The translations under genes and the position numbers were made by a program. A DNA stretch of 64,000 nt. Source: Alphaproteobacteria bacterium (GTDB lineage: Bacteria; Pseudomonadota; Alphaproteobacteria; MPNO01). Positions within the stretch are counted from its first letter, which is position 1. Each line of letters starts with the position of its first letter. The stretch lies in assembly GCA_965205995.1 (NCBI GenBank), contig OZ242200.1, positions 2,073,071 to 2,137,070 of the forward strand. The letters run 5' to 3'. Below, one piece after another: positions 1 through 9,684 of this stretch. A model generated the notes under the pieces. It did no database searches. It had not been told where the DNA came from and worked only from the letters and a program-made list of their open reading frames with translations.

Positions 1-73
1 GGACCGTAGCGAAGTTGACATAATTGCAGAAGGCCATGCCCTGGCCTTTCCCGCAGCTGGGAGGAACCGCGCC

Positions 74-454
74 ATGAACGGCGGCGACACAAGGAAGGTT
101 CCGGTCTACTGCAACCGGTGTGCCGCGGGCCCGGACCTGATGAAGGTCGAGATGCGCGACGGCGTGGCGTTGCGCGTCGAGCCGAATTTCGACATCGCCG
201 AACATCCGGCAGGCGGGCGGGTCTGCGTCAAGGCCTACGGGCTGATTCAGAAGACCTACAACCCGCACCGAATCGCCCAGCCGATGAAGCGCACCAATCC
301 CCGGAAGGGCCGCGGCGAAGACCCGGGTTTCGTGCCGATCCCGTGGGACGAGGCGTTCGACGTCGTCGCCGAAAGGCTCAACGCCATCCGGGCAACCGGC
401 CTGCGCGACGACTCCGGCTATCCGGTCTCCCGGCCGCGCCATGGCGTGTGGTAG
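74..454 (+). pseudogene. N-terminal fragment (126 aa) of a molybdopterin (Mo-bisPGD) oxidoreductase; about 85 percent of the expected protein is absent
   Basis: Motif CNRC..C..C typical of the N-terminal 4Fe-4S domain of formate/nitrate-reductase-type enzymes and an IPWDEAFDVVAERLNAI-like segment. The ORF ends at TAG (not TGA) and no in-frame or shifted continuation is seen downstream. Confidence 0.5.
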
Positions 455-999
455 TTCCGCTCGTTGTGCTCGATCGTGTTGACGAAGCCGAGCGCCAGCT
501 TGCGCTTCGCGGCTTCGGCGGCCGAGGCGAGTTCGGCCGCCAGATCGCGGCGCGGGCAGAAACGGCCATAGCCCATTGCCTCGTATGACCCGCGCTCGGG
601 CAGCGACTCGCCGTAGGTGACGATGCCGCGCGCCGCGCGTAGCGCCGCCGGCACGGCGTCCGCGAGCCTCAACCCCTGCCCCGCATTGTTGCCCACCGCG
701 ACGAGGTCGATGGTTTCGTCGAGCCCGCCCAGCGCCTCGCGGATCGCCGCCTCCGAGACCCGGTCCCAGTTGAGCTTCTCCCGGTCGGCCTCGGCGGCGG
801 TGAGGAACCCCGGATATCCCTCGCCGATCCGGTAGACCCCGTCGCGCGAGGTGAGGCGCGCCCAGGGGAGCGGCGGGTCCGCCACGAAGGCGTCGACGGT
901 GACCTCGTTGTCGAGGATCAGAATTTTGAAGTGCCCGGCGAAGCAACGATCGAGCTCGGCGGCAATGCTTGTAATGACCGTCTCCCCTCTCCGCCGCAC
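418..999 (-). CDS. hypothetical protein (about 194 aa); family not recognised
   Basis: Open frame with non-biased composition (TVITSIAAELDRCFAGHFKILILDNEV...). The upstream part of the called ORF overlaps the amidohydrolase in another frame, so a GTG start near 999 is assumed. Confidence 0.4.
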   Translation of the reverse strand: MRRRGETVITSIAAELDRCFAGHFKILILDNEVTVDAFVADPPLPWARLTSRDGVYRIGEGYPGFLTAAEADREKLNWDRVSEAAIREALGGLDETIDLVAVGNNAGQGLRLADAVPAALRAARGIVTYGESLPERGSYEAMGYGRFCPRRDLAAELASAAEAAKRKLALGFVNTIEHNERNYHTPWRGRETG

Positions 1000-1010
1000 T
1001 CGTCCCGCGC

Positions 1011-2384
1011 CTACAGATAATCCGCCGTCGCGCCGGTCGCCTTGAAATCGGCCAGAATCCGGCCGGTCGAGGCGACCAGAGCCGCCTTCTTGGCGTCGAG
1101 GCCGGGGCAGACGATCCGGCCGCCGCGCTTGCGGACCGTGCCGGCCACCAGCACCGTGTCGACGTTGCCCGGATTGGCGTGCAGCACGATGGCGTTGGTC
1201 GCATTGCCGGCGCCGATCATGTTGAGGTCGGTCTTGCGCAGGCAGGCGATGTCGGCCTGCTTGCCCGGCGTCAGCGACCCGACGCGGGCGTCGAGATGCG
1301 CCATCCGCGCGCTGTCGCGGGTCGCCCAGCGCAGCGCCTCGGCGGCGGTCACCGGGATCGGGTGCGGCTTTTCGCCGGTGGCGGCGAAGCTCCGCATCGA
1401 ATGGGCGTGGCGCTCCAGCTGCAGCGTCATGCGCATGACCGCGAACATGTCGGCGGCGTAGGCGCATTCGACATCGGTGCCGATCGCCACCGGCACGCCG
1501 CGCGCGCGCAACCGGCCGGTCAGCGGCGGGCCGTAGGCCATCTGCATTTCGACCTCGGCGGTGACCACGAACGTCGCGCCGTGCTCGACCAGCAGTTCGA
1601 AATCGGCGTCGGTCAGCTCGTTGCCGTGGACGATGCTGATCTTGTCGCCGATCAGCCCCGCCGCGGCCGCCGCCGCGTAGCCCTGCGGCGCCGGCATCGC
1701 CGCGCCGGAATGGTGCAGGCTGGCGACGATGTCGAACTCCCGGGCGAGGCGGAAATCCTCGATCACGACGTCGTGCACCGACATTTGCGGGCCGAGCACC
1801 GCGAGCCCCAGCGAAAGCAGCCCGTCATCGGCGGCGAAGCGGCCCTTGCGCAGCCGTTCGACCTCGCCGCGCGGCATCGGTATCTCGCCATACGGCTTGT
1901 CGCCGGGACCGGGGTCGGGCTTCGGCGATCCGTGCAGGAACAGCGCCCGGATGCCGGCCTCGGCGAGGCCGTCGATCGCCGCGTCGGAATGCTCGGGCGT
2001 CGGATTGTTGTGGTGCCAGTCGGCGATCGTCGTGACGCCGCAATCGATCTGGTTGAGCGCCCCGACCAGGTTGGCGATGCGGATATCCTCGGGCCGGAAG
2101 AAGGTCGCCAGCCCGGCATGAATGGCGCGGAAATAGTTGGTCCCCGTCCAGTCCCCGGCGAGGCTGCGCAGCCCGGTCTGCCAGGTATGGATATGGCCGT
2201 TGACGAGGCCCGGCATGACGATCATGTCGGCGGCGTCGATCGCCTCGAATTCACCTCCAACCGCGAGGTCGACGCCGATTGCGGCGATCTCGGTCCCCTC
2301 GATCAGCACGTCGCCGCGTTCCAGATCGCCGATCCCGGCATCCATCGTGACGACGCTCCCCCCCTTGATCAGCAGCTTCGGCAT
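1011..2384 (-). CDS. metal-dependent amidohydrolase, TRZ/ATZ (chlorohydrolase/deaminase, SsnA-like) family
   Basis: 457 aa with PGLVNGHIHTWQT metal-binding motif near the N-terminus and HH/D motifs typical of the amidohydrolase superfamily. Confidence 0.85.
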   Translation of the reverse strand: MPKLLIKGGSVVTMDAGIGDLERGDVLIEGTEIAAIGVDLAVGGEFEAIDAADMIVMPGLVNGHIHTWQTGLRSLAGDWTGTNYFRAIHAGLATFFRPEDIRIANLVGALNQIDCGVTTIADWHHNNPTPEHSDAAIDGLAEAGIRALFLHGSPKPDPGPGDKPYGEIPMPRGEVERLRKGRFAADDGLLSLGLAVLGPQMSVHDVVIEDFRLAREFDIVASLHHSGAAMPAPQGYAAAAAAGLIGDKISIVHGNELTDADFELLVEHGATFVVTAEVEMQMAYGPPLTGRLRARGVPVAIGTDVECAYAADMFAVMRMTLQLERHAHSMRSFAATGEKPHPIPVTAAEALRWATRDSARMAHLDARVGSLTPGKQADIACLRKTDLNMIGAGNATNAIVLHANPGNVDTVLVAGTVRKRGGRIVCPGLDAKKAALVASTGRILADFKATGATADYL

Positions 2385-3166
2385 GGCAGCGCTCCGCGGT
2401 CGTTCATGGCCCGGCCAGCCTAGCCGCCGCGGTCACCGCCTGCCAGGCGCTGTCCGGCCGAGGCGTTAGTCGAGGAAATCCTCCAGGCGGACCTCGTTCC
2501 TGTGCGGTGCCAGCGTGCGATCGAACACCCGACGGGCCTCGGGCCGGCTCAGCGGCGGCCGGGTCGCATCGGTGCCCCATTTGCCGGTCACGACATTGCG
2601 CGTCCCGCCCGCGGCCGGACGCGCGGTGGGATCGATCGGATGGCCCTTGGCCTCGGGCACCTTCGACCCGCGTCCGTCGAGCGACCGGGGTCTGGCGCTG
2701 TCGCTGCGCCAGACGCCGGGGGCGGCGTCGACGGGCGGCCCGGACGCGCTGATGGGCCGCGAGACCCAGACCGGGCTCGGGGCCAATGACACCGGCGGAG
2801 CGCGGTCGGTGGGTTTGAGGCGTGCTTCGTGACCTATATTGGCCGTGCCGGGAAGAGTATAAGCATGCCAACGCCGATCGGGGGCGGCACGGTTGTGACC
2901 GCGGAGGAGAACTATCACCCCGATGTCCAGGAACACTTCGACCGGGGAGCGGCGGCGCAAGCTCGCCGCTCTGCGCACGTCCATATGCGACGGCATCGGC
3001 GAACGACCGTTCGCCGAGCGGCTCCCGTCAAGGCCGGCATTGGACAGGACGGAGGGGACCGCAGCCTTGATCGCCGGAACTGTCCGGTGCCTCGTCGAGC
3101 AAGGCAGGCTGGCAATCTTGCGGGGTGGCTGTCTGCCCGGGCGTGGGCGCGGCCGGGTCATCATCG

Positions 3167-3204
3167 CGCGGGCGCAGCCATAAGGCGCGGGCGCAGCCAT
3201 AAGG
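3167..3204 (+). repeat. perfect tandem duplication of 19 bp (cgcgggcgcagccataagg x2) ending 8 nt before the rpoD ATG
   Basis: Read directly: copy 1 at 3167..3185, copy 2 at 3186..3204. The duplicated unit contains the AAGG Shine-Dalgarno-like element. Confidence 0.9.
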
Positions 3205-3212
3205 TAGGTCGA

Positions 3213-5150
3213 ATGCTGGCGAAGCCGATAGAGCGGAGCACGACAACCGAGGGAGACGAGGAGACGGCCGACGGGCCGATCCTGGATCTTTCGGCCTCAC
3301 CGGTTGCCAAGATGATCGCCCGCGGCCGGGAGCGCGGCTACGTCACCCAAGACGAGCTGAACGGAGCCCTGCCGCCCGGCGAGACCAGCGCCGATCGGAT
3401 CGAAGACACGATGACGCTGCTGTCCGAGCTGGGCATCGCAATCACCGAGGGCGACGAAGCGGAGACCGGCGTCGAGGAAGGACGTCCGGAAGCGGCTTCG
3501 GCTTCCGCTGCACCCAGGCCTGGCGCTGACGATATCGGGCTTCCCGACGATCCGGTGGGAATGTACCTGCGGGAGATGGGACGCACGGCGCTTCTCACCC
3601 GGGAAGACGAGGTTGCGCTCGCCAAGCGCATCGAGGCGGGGCGGCAGACCATGCTCGACGGTCTCCGCGAGAGCCCGCTGACCATGAGCGCCGTGCTCGC
3701 ATGGCGCGACGAGGTCCGCGCGGGCTCGATGGCGGTACGCGAAGTGATCGACATCGAGGCCACCTATGGCAGCGCCCCGGCGGCGGGCGGCGAGAGTAAC
3801 GGCCCTGGACCTCGGAATGGTCGTGCAGATACGCGAGCGGCGAAGGGCGCCGACGAAAGCGGCGATGAAGCCGACGAGGACAAGCCGTTGCTCTCGGCCA
3901 TGGAGGGGGCGGTCCTTCCCCGTGTCATGGAGACCTTCGACGCGATCGCAGTGACCTATGGGAAGCTCCGCCGGCTCCAGGAGCTGCGCATCGAGCCGGC
4001 CCGCAAGAACCGAACGCTGACGGCGTGGCAGACCAGACGCTGCCGGGAGCTGAACCGCGATCTTGCGGCGTCGATGCAGCGCCTTCATTTCACCGATGCC
4101 TGCATCGAGACGCTCGTGGACGAGCTCCGCGACCTGAACCGCCGCCTTGGGCGTATCGAAGGCGCGCTTTTGCGTCTGGCTGCCGATTGCGGCGTCGCAC
4201 GGGACGCGTTTCTCACGCACCATGAGGGCCGCGAGCTTGAATCGGCCTGGCTGTCGCGGGTCGGACGACTGCGCGGCGAAGGCTGGAAGACCCTCGCCAG
4301 GGAAAAGCGTCCCGAGGTTGTCGCGTTACGCGGGGACATCCTCGCTTTGGCCCGGGACACCGGTCTGGAGCCGGTCGAGCTCAAGCGGATCGCCGGTGCA
4401 GTCCTGAGGGGGCAGCGCGAGGCGAGCCGGGCCAAGGAGAAGATGGTCGAGGCCAACCTGCGGCTCGTGGTCTCGATCGCCAAGAGGTACCGGAACCGGG
4501 GCCTCAAGTTCCTGGACCTGATCCAGGAGGGCAATGTCGGGCTGATGAAGGGCGTGGACAAGTTCGACTACCGCAGGGGCTTCAAGTTATCGACCTACGC
4601 GACCTGGTGGATCCGTCAGTCAATCACCCGCGGAATTGCCGACACGGCGCCGACGATCCGCGTTCCGATACACATGGTCGAGGCGACCACCAGACTGAAG
4701 CGGTTGTCCTGGCAGATGGGGCAGGAGCTCGGGCGTGAGCCGAGCCCGGAGGAGCTTTCGGAACGCCTCCGCATGCCGCTCGACAAGGTGCGCCAGACGA
4801 TGAAGGTTGCGCGGGAGCCGATCAGTCTGGAGACACCGATCGACGAGGAGGAGGACGGCCATCTCGGCGACCTGATCGAGGACGAGGACGCCGTCCAGCC
4901 TCTGGACGCTGCGATCCAGTCCGACCTGCGCGATGCCGTGAGCCGCGTTCTGGGTAGCCTGACGCCGCGGGAGGAACGCATCCTGCGGATGCGCTTCGGC
5001 ATCGGCACGAATACCGACCACACGCTCCAGGAAGTCGGCAAGGTGTTCTCGGTCACGCGCGAGCGCATCCGGCAGATCGAGGCCAAGGCGCTTCAGAAGC
5101 TGAAGCACCCGTCCCGGGCACGCGCGCTGCGTACCTTCCTGGAACAATAG
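3213..5150 (+). CDS. rpoD: RNA polymerase sigma-70 factor RpoD
   Basis: N-terminus [36 protein letters not shown], region 2/3/4 motifs ([58 protein letters not shown]; [18 protein letters not shown]). Start set at ATG 3213, because the 5' extension of the called ORF does not look like RpoD. Confidence 0.95.
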   Translation: MLAKPIERSTTTEGDEETADGPILDLSASPVAKMIARGRERGYVTQDELNGALPPGETSADRIEDTMTLLSELGIAITEGDEAETGVEEGRPEAASASAAPRPGADDIGLPDDPVGMYLREMGRTALLTREDEVALAKRIEAGRQTMLDGLRESPLTMSAVLAWRDEVRAGSMAVREVIDIEATYGSAPAAGGESNGPGPRNGRADTRAAKGADESGDEADEDKPLLSAMEGAVLPRVMETFDAIAVTYGKLRRLQELRIEPARKNRTLTAWQTRRCRELNRDLAASMQRLHFTDACIETLVDELRDLNRRLGRIEGALLRLAADCGVARDAFLTHHEGRELESAWLSRVGRLRGEGWKTLAREKRPEVVALRGDILALARDTGLEPVELKRIAGAVLRGQREASRAKEKMVEANLRLVVSIAKRYRNRGLKFLDLIQEGNVGLMKGVDKFDYRRGFKLSTYATWWIRQSITRGIADTAPTIRVPIHMVEATTRLKRLSWQMGQELGREPSPEELSERLRMPLDKVRQTMKVAREPISLETPIDEEEDGHLGDLIEDEDAVQPLDAAIQSDLRDAVSRVLGSLTPREERILRMRFGIGTNTDHTLQEVGKVFSVTRERIRQIEAKALQKLKHPSRARALRTFLEQ

Positions 5151-6051
5151 AGGCGCCGCGGTCGGCGACGGATGCCCGCGGCCCCATCGGCAAGGCAATC
5201 GCCCGGCTCGTGACGCTCGCGGTGACCGGCCAAGGGAGTAACCGAGAAGAAGCTTCTCTGCGGACGTGTGTGGACGCCCCGTTTGACGCAAGCATTTTTT
5301 CGGTCGGTTGGTTGCATGCGGTCAGGTGCTGTCGTGTGTCCGGCCTCTCATTGCGGCACGTCACACGCCGCGGACCCTCATGGAGATGCGCGGACCGGGT
5401 CCATATCAGCGCCCAGACGATGCGCGCCATCCGGTTGGCCAGCGCCACGGCGACCAGCATGCGCGGCTTGCGCGCCAGCATCCTGGCGAGCCACGGATCG
5501 TTCGTCCTGCCGCGCCGGACCGCCCAGCGGACCACCGCCATGCCGCCCGTGATCGGCAGCCGCCTCAAGTCGCGCTGGCCCATCTTCGATATCTTGCCCA
5601 GTCGCGGCTTGCCGCCCGTCGAGTGCTGGCGCGGCACCAGGCCCAGCCAGGCGGCGAAGTCCCGGCCGCGCCGGAAGCCCTCCATCGGCGGTGCGAAAGC
5701 CTGGATCGCCATCGCGGTGATCGGGCCGATCCCCGGCACGCTCATCAGGCGCCTGGCATCTGCATCCTGCCGCGCGCTCGCATGGATTTTCTTCTCCAGG
5801 TCCGCGATCTGTTCGAGCAGAAGGCTGCCCAGCTCGCGAACCGCGTCCGGCAGGTTCGAGTCCGGATCCTCAAGCGCCGGCGCCAGGCGGTCGACATGAG
5901 CGGGCCCCTGGGCCGCAACGACGCCGAACTCCGCGAGATGGCCGCGCAGCGCGTTGATCGTCTGGGTGCGCTGACGCACCATCAGATCGCGTGTCCGGAA
6001 CAGCATCCCCCGACCCTGCTGCTCCGCCGTCTTGACCGCCACGAAATTCAT
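5053..6051 (-). mobile_element. IS110-family transposase fragment: the N-terminal DEDD catalytic region is missing, the conserved part is about 5367..6051, and the ORF then runs on antisense into the rpoD 3' end
   Basis: Classic IS110 C-terminal region MSVPGIGPITAMAIQAFAPP..FRRGRDFAAWLGLVPRQHSTGGKPRLGKISKMGQRDLRRL. The alignment starts at the position equivalent to residue about 110 of full-length IS110 transposases, and the upstream frame is closed. Confidence 0.75.
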
Positions 6052-6068
6052 CGTCGGTCGCGACGCCG

Positions 6069-6112
6069 CCTCGCAGCATGCCCCGGACTACGATCCGGGG
6101 CATGCTGCGAGG
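6069..6112. other. perfect 18-bp inverted repeat (stem 6069..6086 / 6095..6112, loop actacgat) between the deacetylase stop and the IS110 fragment
   Basis: Read directly: cctcgcagcatgccccgg / ccggggcatgctgcgagg. Candidate terminator or IS-end structure. Confidence 0.8.
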
Positions 6113-6122
6113 GTCGGGGCCG

Positions 6123-7028
6123 CTACCCGCCCGGGGTCGGCAGCGTGCCCGCGGGCAGCGATTCGATGTGGTCGACGATGGCGCCCGGCCGGGTGAACCA
6201 GATGCGGTCGGCGCGCGGGTGCTCGACGATGTATTTGAGGATCCGGCGCAGTTCGGCGAGGCGGAACGGCTGGCCGAAGACGAAGGTGTGCAGCGACAGC
6301 GCGTAGACCAGCGGCTGGTCCTCGCACAACCTGAGCATCTCGTCGACCTGGTCGGTCACCATCTCGGTGAGCTGGCGCGGCGTGTGGTGGCGGTTGAGCA
6401 GCGCCGGCGAATCGTTGAGCTCCACCGGGTAGGGCACCGAGAGGATGGGCCCGAACTTCGTGCTCATCCAGACCGGCTGGTCGTCGATCGGCCAGTCGAG
6501 CACGTAGCGGTAGCCGGCTTCCCTGAGATGGTCGAGCGTCGCCCCGGTCTCGGAGATCCACGGGCCGAGCCAGCCGCCGGGCCGGACCCCCTCCTTCTCG
6601 GCGAGGATCTGCGTCGCCTCCCGGATCAGCACCCGCTCCTCGTCCTCCGTGAGGTCCCCCTGGCGCTCCGAGTTGGTGCGGCCGTGGCCGACGACTTCGT
6701 CGCCGCGGGCGCGCACCCGGTCCATGATCTGCGGCGCGTAGTCGTAGACCGCCGTGTTGACCAGATGGCAGGCCGGCAGGCCGAGCTCGTCGAACAGATC
6801 GAACAGGCGCCAGATGCCGACGCGCAGGCCGTAATCGCGCCACGCATAGTTGCGGATATCGGGCTGCGGGCCGGGCGCGGTCGGGGTGTGCCCCATCCCC
6901 TCGCCGTAGCTGAAATGCTCGATATTGAGCCCGATATAGAAGGCGAGCCGCTTGCCGTCCGGCCAGTCGTATTGCGGGCGCTCGACGATCGCCGAGTAGT
7001 CGTAGCGGCCGTGCTTGCGGATTTCCAT
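6123..7028 (-). CDS. polysaccharide deacetylase family protein (PuuE-type allantoinase-like)
   Basis: 301 aa whose pattern W..G.R.A..IGLN.E..S..Y...G.RVGIWRL resembles PuuE/CE4-family enzymes. Confidence 0.75.
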   Translation of the reverse strand: MEIRKHGRYDYSAIVERPQYDWPDGKRLAFYIGLNIEHFSYGEGMGHTPTAPGPQPDIRNYAWRDYGLRVGIWRLFDLFDELGLPACHLVNTAVYDYAPQIMDRVRARGDEVVGHGRTNSERQGDLTEDEERVLIREATQILAEKEGVRPGGWLGPWISETGATLDHLREAGYRYVLDWPIDDQPVWMSTKFGPILSVPYPVELNDSPALLNRHHTPRQLTEMVTDQVDEMLRLCEDQPLVYALSLHTFVFGQPFRLAELRRILKYIVEHPRADRIWFTRPGAIVDHIESLPAGTLPTPGG

Positions 7029-7073
7029 GAACCTCCCCCGTCAGGCGATGCGCGGGGGACGGTACACGACGCC

Positions 7074-7496
7074 TCAGCCCTCGGGAACCACCGCGGTCGC
7101 CTCGATCTCGACCTTCGCGCGGTCCTCCATCAGCGCCGAGACCTCGACCGCCGCCATCGCCGGATAGTTGCGCCCGATCACCTCGCGATAGGCCGCGCCG
7201 ACCTCCTCGAGCCGGTCGAGATAGTCCCGCTTGGAGGTGAAATACATCGTCATCCGGACGATGTGCTCGGGCCCGGCGCCGGCCTCGCCCAGCACCGCGA
7301 CGATGTTGACCAGCGCCTGGCGGAACTGGTCGGCGAAGCCGTCGCTCTCGAAAATCTCCTCGGCGTTCCAGCCGATCTGCCCGGCGACGAAAACCATGCG
7401 GCCGGACGCCGCGACACCGTTCGAATAGCCCTTGGGCCGGTTCCAGCCCGGCGGTTGCAGGATCTGCATCGATTCCCCCTCGGCGCTTGTCAGCAT
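7074..7496 (-). CDS. ridA: RidA/YjgF family reactive-intermediate deaminase (real start possibly the internal Met MQILQ at about 7469)
   Basis: About 130-140 aa with typical RidA C-terminal motif NYPAMAAVEVSALMEDRAKVEIEATAV. Confidence 0.85.
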   Translation of the reverse strand: MLTSAEGESMQILQPPGWNRPKGYSNGVAASGRMVFVAGQIGWNAEEIFESDGFADQFRQALVNIVAVLGEAGAGPEHIVRMTMYFTSKRDYLDRLEEVGAAYREVIGRNYPAMAAVEVSALMEDRAKVEIEATAVVPEG

Positions 7497-7548
7497 CGGA
7501 TCGTTGTTTTAAGCATAAAATAACTGGAGGCGAAGGGTCGAGCCCGCG

Positions 7549-8349
7549 ATGCCGGAAACAGAGCCGGAGACAAAATCGAGCGCCACGCCGCTGGCCGGCC
7601 GCCACGCGCTGATCACCGGCGGCGGACGGGGGATCGGCGCGGCGGTGGCGTCCGCCCTCGCCCGGCTCGGCGCCGACCTCACTTTGGTCGGCCGCGACGC
7701 GGCGCGGCTGGAGGAGACGGCGGCGGCGATACGCGAGACCGCATCCGTCGCGGTCCTTGCAGTTGCCGGGGATGTGAACGACGAGCACTCGATCGCCGCG
7801 GCGTTCGACCGGGCGGGCCCGGTGTCGATCCTGGTCAACAATGCCGGGATCGCCGACAGCGCGCCGTTCGCGCGCATCGACGATGCCCAGTGGGACCGGA
7901 CGATCGCCACCAATCTGACCGGCACGTTCCGCTGCATGCGCATCGCCTACCCGGCGATGGTCGAGGCGGGGTGGGGGCGGATCGTCAACATCGCCTCGAC
8001 CGCGGGGATCAAGGGATACGCCTATACCGTGGCCTATTGCGCATCGAAGCACGGCGTGGTCGGGCTGACCCGCGCGCTGGCGATGGAGGCGGCGCGGACC
8101 GGGGTGACGGCGAACGCGGTCTGCCCGGGGTTCACCGAGACCGACATGGCGACAAGGGCGATCGCCAACATCGTCGCCAAGACCGGGCGCGGCGAGGACC
8201 AGGCGCGGCGCGAGCTCGCGCGGATCAACCCGCAGGCAAAGCTGGTGCAGCCCGAGGAGGTGGCCGATACCGTCGCCTGGCTCTGCCTGCCGTCGTCGTC
8301 GGCGATCACCGGCCAGGCCATCGCGGTGGCCGGCGGCGAGGTGATGTGA
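7549..8349 (+). CDS. short-chain dehydrogenase/reductase (3-hydroxyacyl-CoA dehydrogenase-like)
   Basis: TGGGRGIGAA Rossmann motif, NNAG, YxxxK catalytic motif (YCASKHGVVGL). Confidence 0.85.
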   Translation: MPETEPETKSSATPLAGRHALITGGGRGIGAAVASALARLGADLTLVGRDAARLEETAAAIRETASVAVLAVAGDVNDEHSIAAAFDRAGPVSILVNNAGIADSAPFARIDDAQWDRTIATNLTGTFRCMRIAYPAMVEAGWGRIVNIASTAGIKGYAYTVAYCASKHGVVGLTRALAMEAARTGVTANAVCPGFTETDMATRAIANIVAKTGRGEDQARRELARINPQAKLVQPEEVADTVAWLCLPSSSAITGQAIAVAGGEVM

Positions 8350-8888
8350 TGGAGGACGCGGGACCGGAAGCAGCCCCCCGGTTCGACGACTTCGAGACCG
8401 ATCTCGGCGCGGACGACGGGCTCGAGCTTCGCGTCTGGCTCAGGCTGCTCACCTGCTCGACGCTGATCGAACACGGGGTGCGGCACGGGCTGCACCGGAA
8501 TTTCGAGACCACGCTGCCGCGCTTCGACGTGCTCGCCCAGCTCCAGCGCGCGGGCAAGAGCCTGTCGATGGGCGATCTGTCGCGCCGGCTGATGGTCACC
8601 AACGGCAATATCACCGGGCTGGTCGACCGCCTGGCGCGCGACGGGCTGGTGGAGCGGCAGCGCCCGGACGGGGACCGGCGGGTCCAGATGGTCACGCTGA
8701 CGGCTGCCGGCGCGGCGTGGTTCGAGCGCATGGCGGCGGACAACCGGCATTGGGTGACGGGGATGATGGCCGGGCTCGGCCGCGAGGAGAAGGAGGCGCT
8801 GTTCGCCCTTCTCGGCCGGCTCAAATCGGCCGTGCTCGACGCCGGGCAGACGATGGAGGACGCGGATGAAGAAGATCAGCGGCGCTGA
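8349..8888 (+). CDS. MarR-family transcriptional regulator
   Basis: About 180 aa; winged-helix segment [32 protein letters not shown]. Its ATG overlaps the SDR stop (ATGA). Confidence 0.8.
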   Translation: MEDAGPEAAPRFDDFETDLGADDGLELRVWLRLLTCSTLIEHGVRHGLHRNFETTLPRFDVLAQLQRAGKSLSMGDLSRRLMVTNGNITGLVDRLARDGLVERQRPDGDRRVQMVTLTAAGAAWFERMAADNRHWVTGMMAGLGREEKEALFALLGRLKSAVLDAGQTMEDADEEDQRR

Positions 8889-9684
8889 CCTCGCGCCCGA
8901 GCATTTCGACTGGGCGGTCGACGGCAAGGTGGGGACGCTCACCATCGACCGTCCGGAGCGCAAGAACCCGCTCACCTTCCAGTCCTATGCCGAGATCCGC
9001 GACATTTTCCGGGCGCTGAAATACGCCGACGACGTGAAGGCGGTGGTGGTGACGGGCGCCGGCGGGAATTTCTGCTCGGGCGGCGACGTCCACGACATCA
9101 TCGGCCCGCTGGTCCGGATGGAGATGCCGGAGCTCCTCGACTTCACCCGGATGACCGGCGATCTGGTGAAGGCGATGCGGGCGTGTCCGCAGCCGATCAT
9201 AGCCGCGATCGACGGCATCTGCGCCGGGGCGGGCGCGGCGATCGCGATGCATTCGGACATGCGCTTCGGCACCGAGGCCGCCAGGGTCGCGTTCCTGTTC
9301 GTCCGCGTCGGGCTCGCCGGCTGCGACATGGGGGCGTGCAGCGTGCTGCCCCGCATCATCGGCCAGGGCCGCGCCGCGGAACTGCTCTATTCGGGGCGCG
9401 GCATGAGCGGAACGGAAGCGCTGGAGTGGGGTTTCTTCAACCGGATCTGCGCGCCGGAAGACGTGCTGGCGACCGCGCAGTCCGAGGCGAGGAAGCTCGC
9501 CGAGGGGCCGAGCTTCGCGCATGCGATGACCAAGCAGATGCTGCACCGGGAATGGCCGATGGCGCTCGACGATGCGATCGACGCCGAGGCCGACGCCCAG
9601 GCGATCTGCATGCAGACGAAAGATTTCAGGCGCGCCTTCGACGCCTTCGCGCGCAAGGAACGCCCGGTCTTCGAGGGCGATTGA
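8866..9684 (+). CDS. enoyl-CoA hydratase/isomerase family protein
   Basis: Crotonase-fold motifs [14 protein letters not shown] and [16 protein letters not shown]. Confidence 0.85.
   Translation: MKKISGADLAPEHFDWAVDGKVGTLTIDRPERKNPLTFQSYAEIRDIFRALKYADDVKAVVVTGAGGNFCSGGDVHDIIGPLVRMEMPELLDFTRMTGDLVKAMRACPQPIIAAIDGICAGAGAAIAMHSDMRFGTEAARVAFLFVRVGLAGCDMGACSVLPRIIGQGRAAELLYSGRGMSGTEALEWGFFNRICAPEDVLATAQSEARKLAEGPSFAHAMTKQMLHREWPMALDDAIDAEADAQAICMQTKDFRRAFDAFARKERPVFEGD

Noticed and set aside
74-454. Possibility that the Mo-oxidoreductase stub is a selenoprotein interrupted at UGA
   Set aside because: The frame ends at TAG, not TGA, and no homologous continuation exists downstream in any frame
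2466-3200. ORFs in the rpoD upstream spacer (2466..3200 minus, 2515..2832 plus and others)
   Set aside because: Overlapping, low-complexity, no motifs. Treated as non-coding
5308-6306. 332-aa plus-strand ORF opposite the IS110 fragment
   Set aside because: Antisense to the recognisable transposase sequence. Low-complexity His/Arg-rich translation
6088-8052. 654-aa ORF on the minus strand, plus similar long Arg/Pro/Gly-rich ORFs (1179..2423, 10041..12050, 12575..14875, 15405..16748, 18187..19827, 27712..29904, 29639..32320, 32432..34003, 33943..35730, 59528..62368, 62029..63744)
   Set aside because: They lie antisense to or out of frame with well-supported genes. Their extreme Arg/Gly/Pro/Ala composition is the usual stop-codon-poor artefact of GC-rich DNA. 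No conserved motifs
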